Made by a program: the position numbers and the translations under genes. Shown here in pieces: positions 38,787 to 49,638 of a stretch of DNA of 64,000 nucleotides. How positions within the stretch are numbered: the stretch's first letter is position 1; each line of letters begins with the position of its first letter. Source of the stretch: a virus; IMG/VR virus record IMGVR_UViG_3300024999_001421; one strand, 5' to 3'. Under the pieces are notes generated by a model. That model was not told where the DNA came from, made no database searches, and saw only the letters and a program-made list of their open reading frames with translations.

Positions 38787-40525
38787 CACCTACTGATTTT
38801 GCGGAAAAATATTTTAGGGATTACCGGATAAAGGGAAATGAGATAGTACCAACATATTGCCCATTTTGTCAAGGCGGAAAAAGTCACGATAAGCATACAT
38901 TTGCCATGAACGCTGAAACTGGTACATTTAACTGTAAGCGTGGTAGTTGTGCATCTAGTGGTACATTTAATCAACTACTCAAAGAATTTGGGGAAAAAAC
39001 AGTGAACCAAAAAAACTATGAGATTAAGCAAAGGCCAAGAGTAAACTACAAAATACCGGAAACTGAGATAGTACCGATTAGCCAGGCAGAGAAGTATTTA
39101 AAGAGCAGAAAAATATCTAAGGCAACATGGGAAAGTCGTGGGGTAGGGGAAGATGCCAAGGGCAATATTGTTTTCCCTTATTTTGAAGGCGGCAAATTGG
39201 TACTGGTAAAGTTTCGCCCCAGTCACAAAGTTAAACCGGACGAAAAGAAGGGTTGGCGTGAGACTGGCGGTAAACCTGTATTTTGGGGCATGGATTTGTG
39301 TAATACCGAAAAACCGCTGGTTATAGTTGAGGGTGAAATTGATGCACTTTCGCTAGATGAGGCAGGTATACCGAATGTAGTAAGCGTTCCGTCAGGATCG
39401 AACGACTTAAACTGCGTTGACCTGTGTTGGGACTGGTTGAGTCAATTTAAGAAAGTTGTAATATGGGTAGATAAAGACGAACCGGGGCAGGAGTTGCAAC
39501 GTAATCTAATTAATCGACTAGGTGCTTGGCGTTGTAGTATAGTTGACCATGTAGGGCGTAAAGATGCAAATGAGGTTTTATTTTACGAAGGACCGGAAGC
39601 GTTGAGAAGTTATTTCAGGAAAGCGGTTGAAGTTCCAATAACCGGACTTGTTAGGGTTTCGGAAATTGCAATGTTTGACTACTCCAATACTACCAGGATA
39701 CCTTCGGGGATAAGAGGTATTGACGAAGCAATAGGCGGTTTTATGACTGGAGAAGTAAGTATATGGACCGGCAAGCGTGGTGGCGGTAAATCTACCGTAT
39801 TGGGACAAGTCCTGTTAGAAGCGATAAATAATAGATTTGTTGTTTGCTCATACTCAGGAGAATTAAAGCAGGCTATTTTTCGTTATTGGATTGACTTGCA
39901 AGCTGCCGGACCCGGTAATATGGAAATGAAATTTGACAAGATAAAAAACAAAGAGGTAGCACACCCTAAAAAAGAAGTTGCAAGTAAAATAAGAGAATGG
40001 TATAAAGACTACTTCTTCCTGATTGATAGTTATGGTTCAGTTACAGATAAAAGCCTTATTGAAACTTTTGAATATGCGGCAATGAGATACGGTTGTAAGG
40101 TATTTTCGATAGATAACCTTATGACTACAGAATTTACGAGCGAGGATAGGGACTTTTACCGCAAGCAATCTGAATTCGTGAAAAAGTTAATTGTCTTTGC
40201 TCAAAAGTACGATGCACATATTCACCTTGTAGCGCATCCAAGAAAATCTGATAATTCCGTATCTGGTACAGCAGACACAGAAAACAGAGCGGATAATATT
40301 TTCATAGTTAATCGGTTAAGCGACAAGGATAAATCAGATTTGGGCGTTGATACAGTTATAAACATAGATAAGAACCGTTTTAGCGGAACTCAGGACGTTT
40401 CGGTAGGACTTAATTTTATACCAGAGTGTAAGAGATTTTGCATGTTTGGAGAAAGTCCGAAACAGTTTGGTTGGGACGAACCAACAATTGCCGAAGTAGA
40501 ACAATTATTCGCAACCGAGGCATAA
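38783..40525 (+). CDS. Primase-helicase (T7 gp4/Twinkle-like)
   Basis: Zinc finger CPFC...C, TOPRIM VEGEIDALS / DKD, Walker A GKRGGGKS, IDNL, LVAHPRK. Confidence 0.93.
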   Translation: MTPTDFAEKYFRDYRIKGNEIVPTYCPFCQGGKSHDKHTFAMNAETGTFNCKRGSCASSGTFNQLLKEFGEKTVNQKNYEIKQRPRVNYKIPETEIVPISQAEKYLKSRKISKATWESRGVGEDAKGNIVFPYFEGGKLVLVKFRPSHKVKPDEKKGWRETGGKPVFWGMDLCNTEKPLVIVEGEIDALSLDEAGIPNVVSVPSGSNDLNCVDLCWDWLSQFKKVVIWVDKDEPGQELQRNLINRLGAWRCSIVDHVGRKDANEVLFYEGPEALRSYFRKAVEVPITGLVRVSEIAMFDYSNTTRIPSGIRGIDEAIGGFMTGEVSIWTGKRGGGKSTVLGQVLLEAINNRFVVCSYSGELKQAIFRYWIDLQAAGPGNMEMKFDKIKNKEVAHPKKEVASKIREWYKDYFFLIDSYGSVTDKSLIETFEYAAMRYGCKVFSIDNLMTTEFTSEDRDFYRKQSEFVKKLIVFAQKYDAHIHLVAHPRKSDNSVSGTADTENRADNIFIVNRLSDKDKSDLGVDTVINIDKNRFSGTQDVSVGLNFIPECKRFCMFGESPKQFGWDEPTIAEVEQLFATEA

Positions 40526-41087
40526 CCACGCCCCGACCAACCGTAAGCGGTAGGAATATTCTGAATATAGGAGGATTGCTATGTTGGAAATAGGGCCGAA
40601 TTTATTAGATTTGATAAAGTCTATAGCTGGATTTGCTGCGCTTGTAGTGATATGCTGGATTATTTTTAAGTAGGAGGATTGTTATGGAACCAGTAGTTAA
40701 ATATCATTGTCCGGTATGTGATAAAGAATACAGCACACCGGAAGAGGCGAAAAATTGTTTTGTGCCGCTAGGGGAGAGATTTAAGCAGGGAGACATAATT
40801 GTAATGGGATATATTAATAACCCCAAAAGGGTTATGTATCCCATAAGACCTGATGAAATGGGTATAACGGCAGAATTAATTGCTGAACATAGCATTGCTA
40901 CATGTCAACCGGTTAAGAAAGGTATAGATGCTAGGGGTTATTACGTGGGTTCTGGAATGTCTCTTTGCGGTGCCAAGAAGTATCCTCTCGGAGAAGCTAA
41001 AAAGTTAGTTAGCGACTTACGCCGCCGGTTGAAAAATGCCGAGAAGTTTTTGGAAATGGTGAAGAAAATGTATGAGGAGGTAAATAA

Positions 41088-41492
41088 GTGAGTGAATTTA
41101 TCTGCATTAACTGCGGTCAGTGTTGCACTGTCGTCCCAATCTCAAATACGGACTGGGATAAGATTGTAACAGCAGCAGGAAATATGAACTTTGCCAACAT
41201 TGAACATCTTATGAAACAGAAAAGGGATAGTATGACCTGCATTTTCCGCGACACTTTTTATAATAAGTGTGCGATACATGAACACAGGCCGCTAATTTGC
41301 CGCTTACAAGGCACTCAGGAAGGATTACCTTGCCCGAATATGCCGAGATACGGTAAGGGTGATGATGGTAAAGTCGCTTTGTACCGTGAGTTTGGAGAGA
41401 AGAACGAATATTTTAAGGGAATTCTGAGTGACAGTATTGGCTGGAAAGAAATTTTGGAAGTTGTTAGAAGGAAGGAGGAAAACAATGCCTAG
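41088..41492 (+). CDS. YkgJ-family cysteine-cluster protein
   Basis: CINCGQCC...CIF......CAIHEHRPLICR. Confidence 0.85.
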   Translation: MSEFICINCGQCCTVVPISNTDWDKIVTAAGNMNFANIEHLMKQKRDSMTCIFRDTFYNKCAIHEHRPLICRLQGTQEGLPCPNMPRYGKGDDGKVALYREFGEKNEYFKGILSDSIGWKEILEVVRRKEENNA

Positions 41493-41892
41493 ACCAACAG
41501 TATATTTAGCCGGAAAAATGTCCGGACTGAGCAAAGAAGAAATGTCCGAATGGAGAGAAAAGGCAGCGGAAGACCTAATTGAAGCAGGTTTTAACATACT
41601 TAATCCGGTAAATACCGACTTCGGAACCAATGTATCCGATAGCGAAATTATCCACAGTAACGACTTTCAGATTAGTCACAGCGATATCATTCTTGCTGAG
41701 CTGGATTATGATAATATCTCTATCGGTACAATTTGCGAGATTGTGGAAGCGAGAAGGCAGGGTAAACCAGTTATTGCATGGGGTACTGCCTACAACATCA
41801 TCAATCATCCGCATATCAGGGGCAGGATTACGCGGCACTTCGAGGATTTGGAAAATGCCGTTCAGTACATTATCGAAAACTATTATTTGTAG
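41485..41892 (+). CDS. Nucleoside 2-deoxyribosyltransferase-like protein
   Basis: VYLAGKM...LNP...D...I..SDIILA...SIGTICEI..A...GKPVI. Confidence 0.85.
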   Translation: MPRPTVYLAGKMSGLSKEEMSEWREKAAEDLIEAGFNILNPVNTDFGTNVSDSEIIHSNDFQISHSDIILAELDYDNISIGTICEIVEARRQGKPVIAWGTAYNIINHPHIRGRITRHFEDLENAVQYIIENYYL

Positions 41893-42257
41893 GAGGTTAT
41901 GTATTGCTAGAATTATTTGACAAGGCATTGCTTTATACAACCGTATGTTTAACCTGCTTGCCGTGGATTGTCTTTATTATAATAGGCATTAGGGGCGGCA
42001 AGGTAACTGTTGAGTTTGGAAGGAAGAAGAAGGAGGACACCACAAATGCCCAAACAGAAACGTCATAGACAACCTAAGCTGAAAATCATCGTTGACCTGC
42101 CCAATGACGGCAACCGGAAATGGTACGACGAGAAGTACCGGAATATGTTCCGGGATCGCAGGGGAGTTTTGCTGCACGACTATAGGGACGGAATGTCGCC
42201 GGGGTATTGCGTGGCAGCGGTGGAGGTATTTAATTGATTAATGAAAGGAGATCTCCA

Positions 42258-42584
42258 ATGCAAAACAAAACCACAAAATTACTTTTGGCTCTAGGGGTAC
42301 CACCGGAAACATCCGGTTATCTATACGCAAGAGAAGCAATTCTGCTAACTATGAATACTCCGAACTCCGCGTACCGTTGGTGCGAAACCTACGACAAAGT
42401 AGGCGAAAAATTCAGCACAACCGGCAAGAGAGTTGAAAGATGTATCCGTCATGCTATTAAGAAAACTCAGGAAAACGGAACGGTAGAATATGCCGAAATG
42501 TTTCACGGGAACATAACTAAACCGCCTATCGTAAGTAGATTTCTAGCGACAGTTGCCGAGCACTTGAAAATGCAGGATAGTTAG
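42258..42584 (+). CDS. Spo0A C-terminal DNA-binding-domain-only protein
   Basis: LGVP...SGYLYAREAI...YDKVGEKFSTTGKRVERCIRHAI...P..SRFLATVAEHL; no receiver domain. Confidence 0.88.
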   Translation: MQNKTTKLLLALGVPPETSGYLYAREAILLTMNTPNSAYRWCETYDKVGEKFSTTGKRVERCIRHAIKKTQENGTVEYAEMFHGNITKPPIVSRFLATVAEHLKMQDS

Positions 42585-43588
42585 TTAATTAGATTAAAAA
42601 ATAACCGCAAAATTAGCCCCGCACAGGCGACTTAATATTGCAGGAATAGTTTTGTACCTGCTGTCGTTAATGGGGCATGGGAGGGGGTTTTAAGATGCCA
42701 CCACAGGCAAGAGTTTTGCTTAAGGAAGAAATTGCATACATGAAGCAATGGGGAAGTAAAGCATCATGCTCCGATATTGGAGTAAATTTACTAATGTCCG
42801 AGCAACAACTTGGCGTATATATGAAAAAGCACGGCATATCGAGGGCCAGTAAGGGTGCTAGACACCTTGTCGCACCAGACAAATACGAAGGACCAACATC
42901 TTATGTGCAGAGAGGAAAGGACAATAGATTTGTGAATCTCTTTAGTAGGCAGAAATTAGAAGGAAATATTAGACCGCCGGATAAACCCTGGAGCATGGAA
43001 GAAAGTTTTGCTAACCCGATAGTGCAAGTTAGCGCAATAGCAGGTGTTATGGTTTGGCGTAATAGCGGTAAAGGTGAATGTCTATGATTAATATTAACGA
43101 TAAAGTAAAACCTCTCCGGGGGCGTAATAAAAACAAAGAGGGAGAGGTGAGGTCGATATACAAAAACGGTTTGTGCTATGTGTATTTCGGCATAAATAAC
43201 TACAGTTTTTACTTTCCCAAAAATTTGGAGGTGGTAAGGGGTGGGGAGAACAGGGGCGAGACTTAGAGGGCTAGAGCGTAAGAATGAAATATTACTTAGA
43301 ATTATCTGTAGGCAGATTGTTTCGAGTTCTGATTTATGCCGAACATTAGACGGTTATAGCGTTATACTTAAAGATTTAATTGGTGACATGGAAGCACTAA
43401 AGCGTAGTAACTTCGATTACCAGATTAAATTGCTGAGTAAGAACTTGGACGATGCGCAGGAAATTATCGTCGGACTAGCTGCCAAGGTTGATAAACTCGA
43501 AAACACCGCATGGAGAAGGTTTTGTCGGTGGATTGGCAGGAAATAACCTACCGTTTGCGGTATAATATTACTTAAAGTAGGAGGCACT

Positions 43589-43780
43589 ATGACACCAAAA
43601 CCAGGAGAAGTATACATCCATTTCAAAGGTGGTCTGTACGATATTGTTTCAGTCATAAATGACATCGTGAAATATCGTAGTTGGAATACTGGTGAAGTGT
43701 ACGAGAGAAGTTTAGAAGAATTTACCGATTATGTTTGCCGTGGCTTTAGACTTCGGAAAAGATTTGAGAGGTTGGAATAA
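43589..43780 (+). CDS. DUF1653 protein
   Basis: PGEVYIHFKGGLY...V.YRS...GEVYERSLEEF. Confidence 0.75.
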   Translation: MTPKPGEVYIHFKGGLYDIVSVINDIVKYRSWNTGEVYERSLEEFTDYVCRGFRLRKRFERLE

Positions 43781-43884
43781 TGGGGCGCAAAATTAGTAGG
43801 CCAAAGCAGGATAGGCAGGCACTATATAGCGAGTTTAAGAGTGCGGCCAAAGTTAATTTGCCTAAGAAGAAGGGGGATAAGTAA

Positions 43885-44535
43885 GTGAAAGTTTTACTAA
43901 CAAGTTACATTCCTAACCCAGAACAGGTAATTATTGAAGCTGCGGCAACGTGCTGGAAATCTGTACCGAGAGAAGGAATATTGGATCATATTATTAAGGC
44001 AGGTCATTTAACTCCTACAGAGTTTGCCGTATTTAATTTCCGCATCGAAGGTGTGAGTAGGTCGTTAATGGCTCAGTTGACTCGTAAGCGGTCAGGTGTA
44101 GCGTTTGCGGTGGAGAGTCAGAGGTATGTAAACTATGAAAACGGATTCACCAGCATTGTTCCTGAAAGTATAAGGAGTAATTTTTCATTACTTAATAAAT
44201 ACGGCGATTTAATAGCTAAAATTGCCAATACCTATAATGATTTTATTGAAAATGATATACCCGAAGAAGATGCCCGTTTTATTTTACCTAACGCATGTAC
44301 TACGACAATTAGTATGTCAATTAACTATCATGCCTTAATTGACTTATGCCGTGAACGTCTATGTGGCAGGGCGCAATGGGAGATCAGGGAACTTGTTGTA
44401 GAAATCAAGAAAATGGTTTCCGAAGTTTCTCCGAAGTTGGCAAGTTATCTACAACCTAAGTGTTATTGGCTGAAGCATTGTCCAGAGGGTAAGAGATGTA
44501 ATAATTATGCCGGTATTGTGCAGGAGGTTAACTGA
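43885..44535 (+). CDS. thyX: FAD-dependent thymidylate synthase
   Basis: GHLTPTEF, EGVSRSLMAQLTR.R...ESQRYV, EDARFILPNA, RAQWEIR. Confidence 0.9.
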   Translation: MKVLLTSYIPNPEQVIIEAAATCWKSVPREGILDHIIKAGHLTPTEFAVFNFRIEGVSRSLMAQLTRKRSGVAFAVESQRYVNYENGFTSIVPESIRSNFSLLNKYGDLIAKIANTYNDFIENDIPEEDARFILPNACTTTISMSINYHALIDLCRERLCGRAQWEIRELVVEIKKMVSEVSPKLASYLQPKCYWLKHCPEGKRCNNYAGIVQEVN

Positions 44536-45009
44536 ATGAGTTTTATGTTTATGAAAATGGCAGATGAAGTAGCCAAAAAATCAGACTGCCTATCGCGACA
44601 GGTCGGGGCAGTTTTAGTGGGAGAAAACTTCCTTTTTGAAATGGCAAATACTTCGGTAAATAATCCTGAAAGTTGCAAGAAAGACGGTCAATGCCTACGC
44701 CGAAAAATGGGTATACCGAGCGGCGAGAGGTTAGAATTGTGCAGGATAATCCATGCTGAGGTTTCAGTAATTATTCAGGCACTAAGGTTTACTAAAACTA
44801 CTACCGGAGCAACGCTATATGTTACATGTCCACCGTGTAATATCTGCGCTCACATAATTGTAGGCACCGGAATTAAGAAGGTTGTTTATAAGGACGACTA
44901 CCCCGGCAATGGTCTTGACGTGCTTAGGCGGGGCGGCGTTGAGGTTGAGAGATACCAAGAATCGGACCCGATTATTAAGGAAAATCCCGACGAAGGAGCG
45001 ATTGAATAA
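44536..45009 (+). CDS. dCMP deaminase
   Basis: SDCLSRQVGAV, HAE, PCNIC. Confidence 0.92.
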   Translation: MSFMFMKMADEVAKKSDCLSRQVGAVLVGENFLFEMANTSVNNPESCKKDGQCLRRKMGIPSGERLELCRIIHAEVSVIIQALRFTKTTTGATLYVTCPPCNICAHIIVGTGIKKVVYKDDYPGNGLDVLRRGGVEVERYQESDPIIKENPDEGAIE

Positions 45010-45602
45010 TGGATAACTACCGAAGCAGGATAATTGCCTTGCATGAAGCGCAAACACGAAAGGGCATGGATAAATACGGAACCGTCCTAGAGCAAAACAC
45101 CGACGATATTTTTAAGCGGTTGGAGCATTTCAGGCAGGAGATGTTGGATGGACTGAACTACTCGTTTTGGTTGGAGGACGAACTTAGGAAGTTGGTAATT
45201 GGTAAATCGTGCAATAGTTGTATTAACCGTTTTGAAATAAGCGGTAAATGTATTTATTATCCTGAAAAACAAAAAATCTGCATAGAAAGTGACTACTGCT
45301 TTTGGGATCAGAGCAAGTCTTTACTTAAAGATTGCCAAAATTGCACCAATAGCACGCCGAAAGGTTGTGATTTTGGCCTTGGATGGTATACGAAAGACTA
45401 CTGTATAGAGCATGACTATTGCCACCATTCAGCCAACGAGAAACATGAGGGATGTGAGGGATGCGCTAATCAGAGAGCTAATCATCCAAACGGCTGTCAG
45501 TTTCATCCGCAAGTAAGTAGTTATTGCCGCAAATATGGATTTTGCCATTATGTATCGGAAGATGCTGTGTTAGAAATTTCTGGGCCGGAGGTAACTTGTT
45601 GA
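45009..45602 (+). CDS. Hypothetical protein with Cys-rich repeats
   Basis: N-terminal KGMDKYG..L...EH..QEMLD.LNY helix bundle plus three CxxC repeats. Confidence 0.6.
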   Translation: MDNYRSRIIALHEAQTRKGMDKYGTVLEQNTDDIFKRLEHFRQEMLDGLNYSFWLEDELRKLVIGKSCNSCINRFEISGKCIYYPEKQKICIESDYCFWDQSKSLLKDCQNCTNSTPKGCDFGLGWYTKDYCIEHDYCHHSANEKHEGCEGCANQRANHPNGCQFHPQVSSYCRKYGFCHYVSEDAVLEISGPEVTC

Positions 45603-45907
45603 TGATTAATGGCAAAACAAAAACCATAAAACTGCCGAAACTTCGAGAAGGTTTATATAAATCTCCTATATCTCAGTTTATGCAAATTTCCGAGGAAATG
45701 GGCGAGTTGTCGGAGAGATTGGGGCAATTGACCGGAGAAACAGGAAAGCGCAAAGACGTTCCTGCTGATATAAGAAATAAGGTGATTGAAGAAGCAATGG
45801 ACGTGGCGCAGGCAGCGGTAGAGTTAGTATTTAATCTTTGCATTTTCTACGATGTTGCCGAAGAAATGCATTGGCGTAAGATGATTGAGCGAGGGTATCT
45901 TGAATGA
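45602..45907 (+). CDS. MazG-like nucleotide pyrophosphatase
   Basis: ISEEMGELS...EEAMDVAQ. Confidence 0.7.
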   Translation: MINGKTKTIKLPKLREGLYKSPISQFMQISEEMGELSERLGQLTGETGKRKDVPADIRNKVIEEAMDVAQAAVELVFNLCIFYDVAEEMHWRKMIERGYLE

Positions 45908-46854
45908 TCGCAAAATGGAAATGTGGGTGCGGTCAGGAAAATTGGTCAAATGTATATAGCGCAGGCACCACGACAGTTAAATGCGTGAAATGTTATGCCG
46001 ACTATGCGCTTACTACTAAGATTGTTATGGTGCAGTTAATGGGAGGTAGAACAGAAAAAGGGAGTTGATATCATGAGTAGGGCATGGAGCGACGAGGAAA
46101 AGCGAATAGCTAGTCTCCATTTGCCAATTAAGGATATATATAAAATTTACCGTGCCGCCGGATTTGTCAGAAGTAAAAACAGTATCCGCAGATGGAGAAA
46201 TGTAAACGGTATGAGAAGCTTAAAAGAATCTGACTTAAATGCTCCAGAGATAGAGATAAAAACAAAAGAACGCAAACGCTTTCCTGTCGGACTTCGGGAT
46301 TGGCTGATGTTTGGATGAAAAAGCGCAGACGAAAGAAAAAGCAACCTCATTGCGGGTGGTGTCTCTCAAAACTTCACCCCGGCAAAATGGGGTGGATGCG
46401 GGTACTAAGCAAAAACTGCCTGCACAAGAACGGCAGGTTTAAACCTTGCAGACATTTTAGGCCGAACATGGATCATCCTAAGTGGAAATATGAAGGATTT
46501 GTGGACATTGGAGGGTGTTAAATGAGCGAGTACAAAGAAGAATTATCCGCACTTGTCGAGAAGATTCGGCAGGATGGGGCGAAGGAAGAACGCAGGAGAA
46601 TTGCCGAGAAATTAGCTGATTGGGATTTTTGCGTATTAGATATAGATAAAAATGCTAATTGTATTAATGATTGTGTTGAGCATTTTGAAAGACTGCTTAA
46701 TGAGGCAAATAATGTCTAGTCAAGAAAACGGCCAAGTGCTGGACAAACTAACCATTACTGACGTTATGGACTATGTTAAGAAAAACTGCTTTCTATATAA
46801 AGAACAATGGTGGTTGGATAGAAAAACGTATGGACATTTGGAGGAAAAGAAAAA

Positions 46855-47379
46855 ATGAAAGTTTGCGGAGTAGATGCCAGTCTTACGAGTACAGGAATAG
46901 CAATATTACATTGCGACAATGAACCGATAACTACAGCGGTAAAGAATAGTTTAACCGGGATACTAAGGTTAATTTATGTGCGCGACTATGTTAAACAGGT
47001 TGTTGAGGGCGCAGACTTAGCGGTTATCGAAGGATATGCTTTCAGTAAGGGCGATTTTGCCCATGCGAAGGGTGAATTGGGCGGTGTATTGCGCTTGATG
47101 ATTGTTGATAGCGGAATAAAACTGTTGGAAGTTACGCCTAATCAGTTAAAAAAGTTTGCAACTGGGGAGCATAACGCAAGTAAGGAAAAGGTTGCTGTTG
47201 GTGTATATAAGCGTTGGGGTAAGGAATTTAAGGAAAATGACGAAACGGATGCCTATGTTCTAGCTGAAATCGGAAGGGCATATTTAGGGTTAACAGACAA
47301 ACTTACCACATATCAGCAGGAAGTAATCGACGCTCTGCATGGCAAGTCGGAGGTCAAGAAAAAGCGTAAGAAAAAATGA
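46855..47379 (+). CDS. RuvC-like Holliday junction resolvase
   Basis: GVDASLTSTG, VIEGY, KKFATG..NASKE, NDETDA. Confidence 0.9.
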   Translation: MKVCGVDASLTSTGIAILHCDNEPITTAVKNSLTGILRLIYVRDYVKQVVEGADLAVIEGYAFSKGDFAHAKGELGGVLRLMIVDSGIKLLEVTPNQLKKFATGEHNASKEKVAVGVYKRWGKEFKENDETDAYVLAEIGRAYLGLTDKLTTYQQEVIDALHGKSEVKKKRKKK

Positions 47380-48256
47380 GATTGACGGCAGAAATTGAAC
47401 GACAACTAACTGACGAGTTTATCACGTTTTGCGAACTTAACCGGGACAAGTTGGCCGGGATGAAGGATAATTCTACCCGGATGAATTTTATGCAGGAGAA
47501 ATTGCCACACATACCGCAGTATTTAGTTTTGAGGAAGGTTAGACCTTATCTGACTAAGGGGGTTTGATATGTGGATTATACTAAGTAAGATTATTTTATC
47601 AGTTTTTATATTCTACCTTTTGGTTAACGTGCTTGCTTTTTTAGCTACGGTTAATCAGTTTCTAAATATTGGAACATATGAACTAACATATCTACTTTTG
47701 TTTTGTGTGGTTATTTACGGGATATATAGAATCTTACCATTCTAAGGGGGTTTAGTTTATTTATACTTTATTCTGCATGACTTATTCTGAATTTTTACGA
47801 AGGACGAGTAAGAATATGTTTAAAGTTAACGTATTACCGCTTTGGCAGGTTAGAAGTTTTTCCGAGAAGGATAATTTCCGCAATATTGGCACCAATTTCT
47901 GCCGCAATCATTTACGCAGGGCCAGGGCAAATTTATGGTCGGGGCAGAGAAAAAGGCAGGGGGTTGAGGCATAATGTTTGGTTTAGGTTTAGCTATCGGT
48001 CTATTTGTTGGCTGCATGGTCGGGATGTTTATCATGTCTCTAATGTTCATTGCTAGAAAAGAAGATGCGGAGATTATGAGAAATGCCGAACAGTAGATTA
48101 AAGAAAGTAGTCGGACCCGATCCTCGCCTGATTAGCGAGCAGGTTCCGATAAACTTTAAGAACGTAGACGGGGAAATGGTCTATATTCCGAATTGGTGGG
48201 TAGATATACCGGAACCGCCGAAGTTTGTGGAAGTTAAGAAAAAGAAAAAATAAGGG

Positions 48257-49123
48257 GTGGTTGGGTTAATAAAATTTTATGTGTCAAAGACAGGAAATAA
48301 ACTTAACCGTCGCCCGTGGGTTCCCGAATTTGTAACCGATAATCTGTGTCTTAACCCGATGTATAGTCGGGTAAGACTGCAGAGGGGGGGGGTAAATATC
48401 CTCCTTGACTCTGGAGCGTTTCAGGATGTGGATAAGGATAAACGGTTGACTTTTGAGGAAGCACTTATTCGTCAGCTTAAATTTGAACAAACAGCAGGGT
48501 TTATCTCTCAAAGAATAGTCAGTTATGACAGGTTAGTTGATGAACAATTAAAGGACGGCAAGAAGGTAAAATGTCGGGTAGACGACGATAAAGGTTGGGA
48601 ATATGTCAAGGACACCGTTGGAGCTGCACAATATCTAGTTAGTCAACGAGAGAAATTAGAACCTCGTCAGTTGGTTTTGTCCAATCAGGGTACTACAACA
48701 GAGCAATACTTACAGTGTTTGCGAGAGGTGTTAAGGATAGCACAACCGCAGGACTGTATTGGGATGGGTGGATTTTGTATAATCGGGAGCAGAAAAACAC
48801 TACAACCGCAGTTTTTTGAGATACAAGAGAAGGCGTTTCCACTAATAAAATCTGCTGGCATAACTGATATACACCTGTTTGGGGTAACTACTATCCCGGT
48901 ATTAACAAAGTGGTCAGAGTTGGCAAGACCATACGACTTTAACTTGTCGGTTGATAGTTCGTCAGCAGAGCGCAGATCGGTTTTTGGTAGTGTATTCAGT
49001 CCAGATACAGGTAAATGGGAATTAAAATATACAAGACAAGACAAATACATTGCCTATCACCCCAGGGACTTAGCATTGATTAACACAATAAACTTTAAGG
49101 ATTATCTGGAGGGCATAGCGTGA
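48257..49123 (+). CDS. TGT-fold deazaguanine transglycosylase (DpdA-like)
   Basis: LLDSGAFQ, QG, IGMGG, IHLFGV, SVDSSS motifs of the TGT/DpdA family; adjacent to a VUT transporter. Confidence 0.75.
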   Translation: MVGLIKFYVSKTGNKLNRRPWVPEFVTDNLCLNPMYSRVRLQRGGVNILLDSGAFQDVDKDKRLTFEEALIRQLKFEQTAGFISQRIVSYDRLVDEQLKDGKKVKCRVDDDKGWEYVKDTVGAAQYLVSQREKLEPRQLVLSNQGTTTEQYLQCLREVLRIAQPQDCIGMGGFCIIGSRKTLQPQFFEIQEKAFPLIKSAGITDIHLFGVTTIPVLTKWSELARPYDFNLSVDSSSAERRSVFGSVFSPDTGKWELKYTRQDKYIAYHPRDLALINTINFKDYLEGIA

Positions 49124-49638
49124 TAGTATTCCTTTATATGGCGGCAATTTTGACCGGAAATTGGTTAAGTAGTATGTTTGTACCGGTTGAAATTGGCCCA
49201 TTTTTAATAAGTTTAGGAACCTTTACAGTAGGGTCAACCTTTATACTTAGGGATTTGGTGCAGAATAAACATGGAAGATATAAGACGTATACATTTATAT
49301 GCTCAGCACTTCTTTTGTCGCTGATACAGTCGGCAATAATGGGACAAGGTTTGCCTGTGGTTATTGCTTCCTCTCTGGCATTTGCGGTGAGCGAGACAAC
49401 CGACACTGAAATTTATACAAGACTTAAATTGCCGGTCCATTGGCGCATCTGGTGGTCAGGTTTTGCCGGAGGTATCCTTGATAGTGCTGTGTTTATCGTA
49501 CTGGGATTATCTCCGCTTGGTATGAATTTTATGCCTTGGTCGGTGGTTCCAATGGCCATAATTGGTCAATCATTGATAAAGTTAATCATGCAGGCAATAG
49601 GGGCAGGTATAATAAAAATCATGGGAGGGCATAGATGA
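49120..49638 (+). CDS. VUT/YhhQ-family queuosine-precursor transporter
   Basis: Multi-TM; GSTFILRDLVQ, ASSLAFAVSETTDTEIYTRL, LDSAVFI. Confidence 0.88.
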   Translation: MIVFLYMAAILTGNWLSSMFVPVEIGPFLISLGTFTVGSTFILRDLVQNKHGRYKTYTFICSALLLSLIQSAIMGQGLPVVIASSLAFAVSETTDTEIYTRLKLPVHWRIWWSGFAGGILDSAVFIVLGLSPLGMNFMPWSVVPMAIIGQSLIKLIMQAIGAGIIKIMGGHR

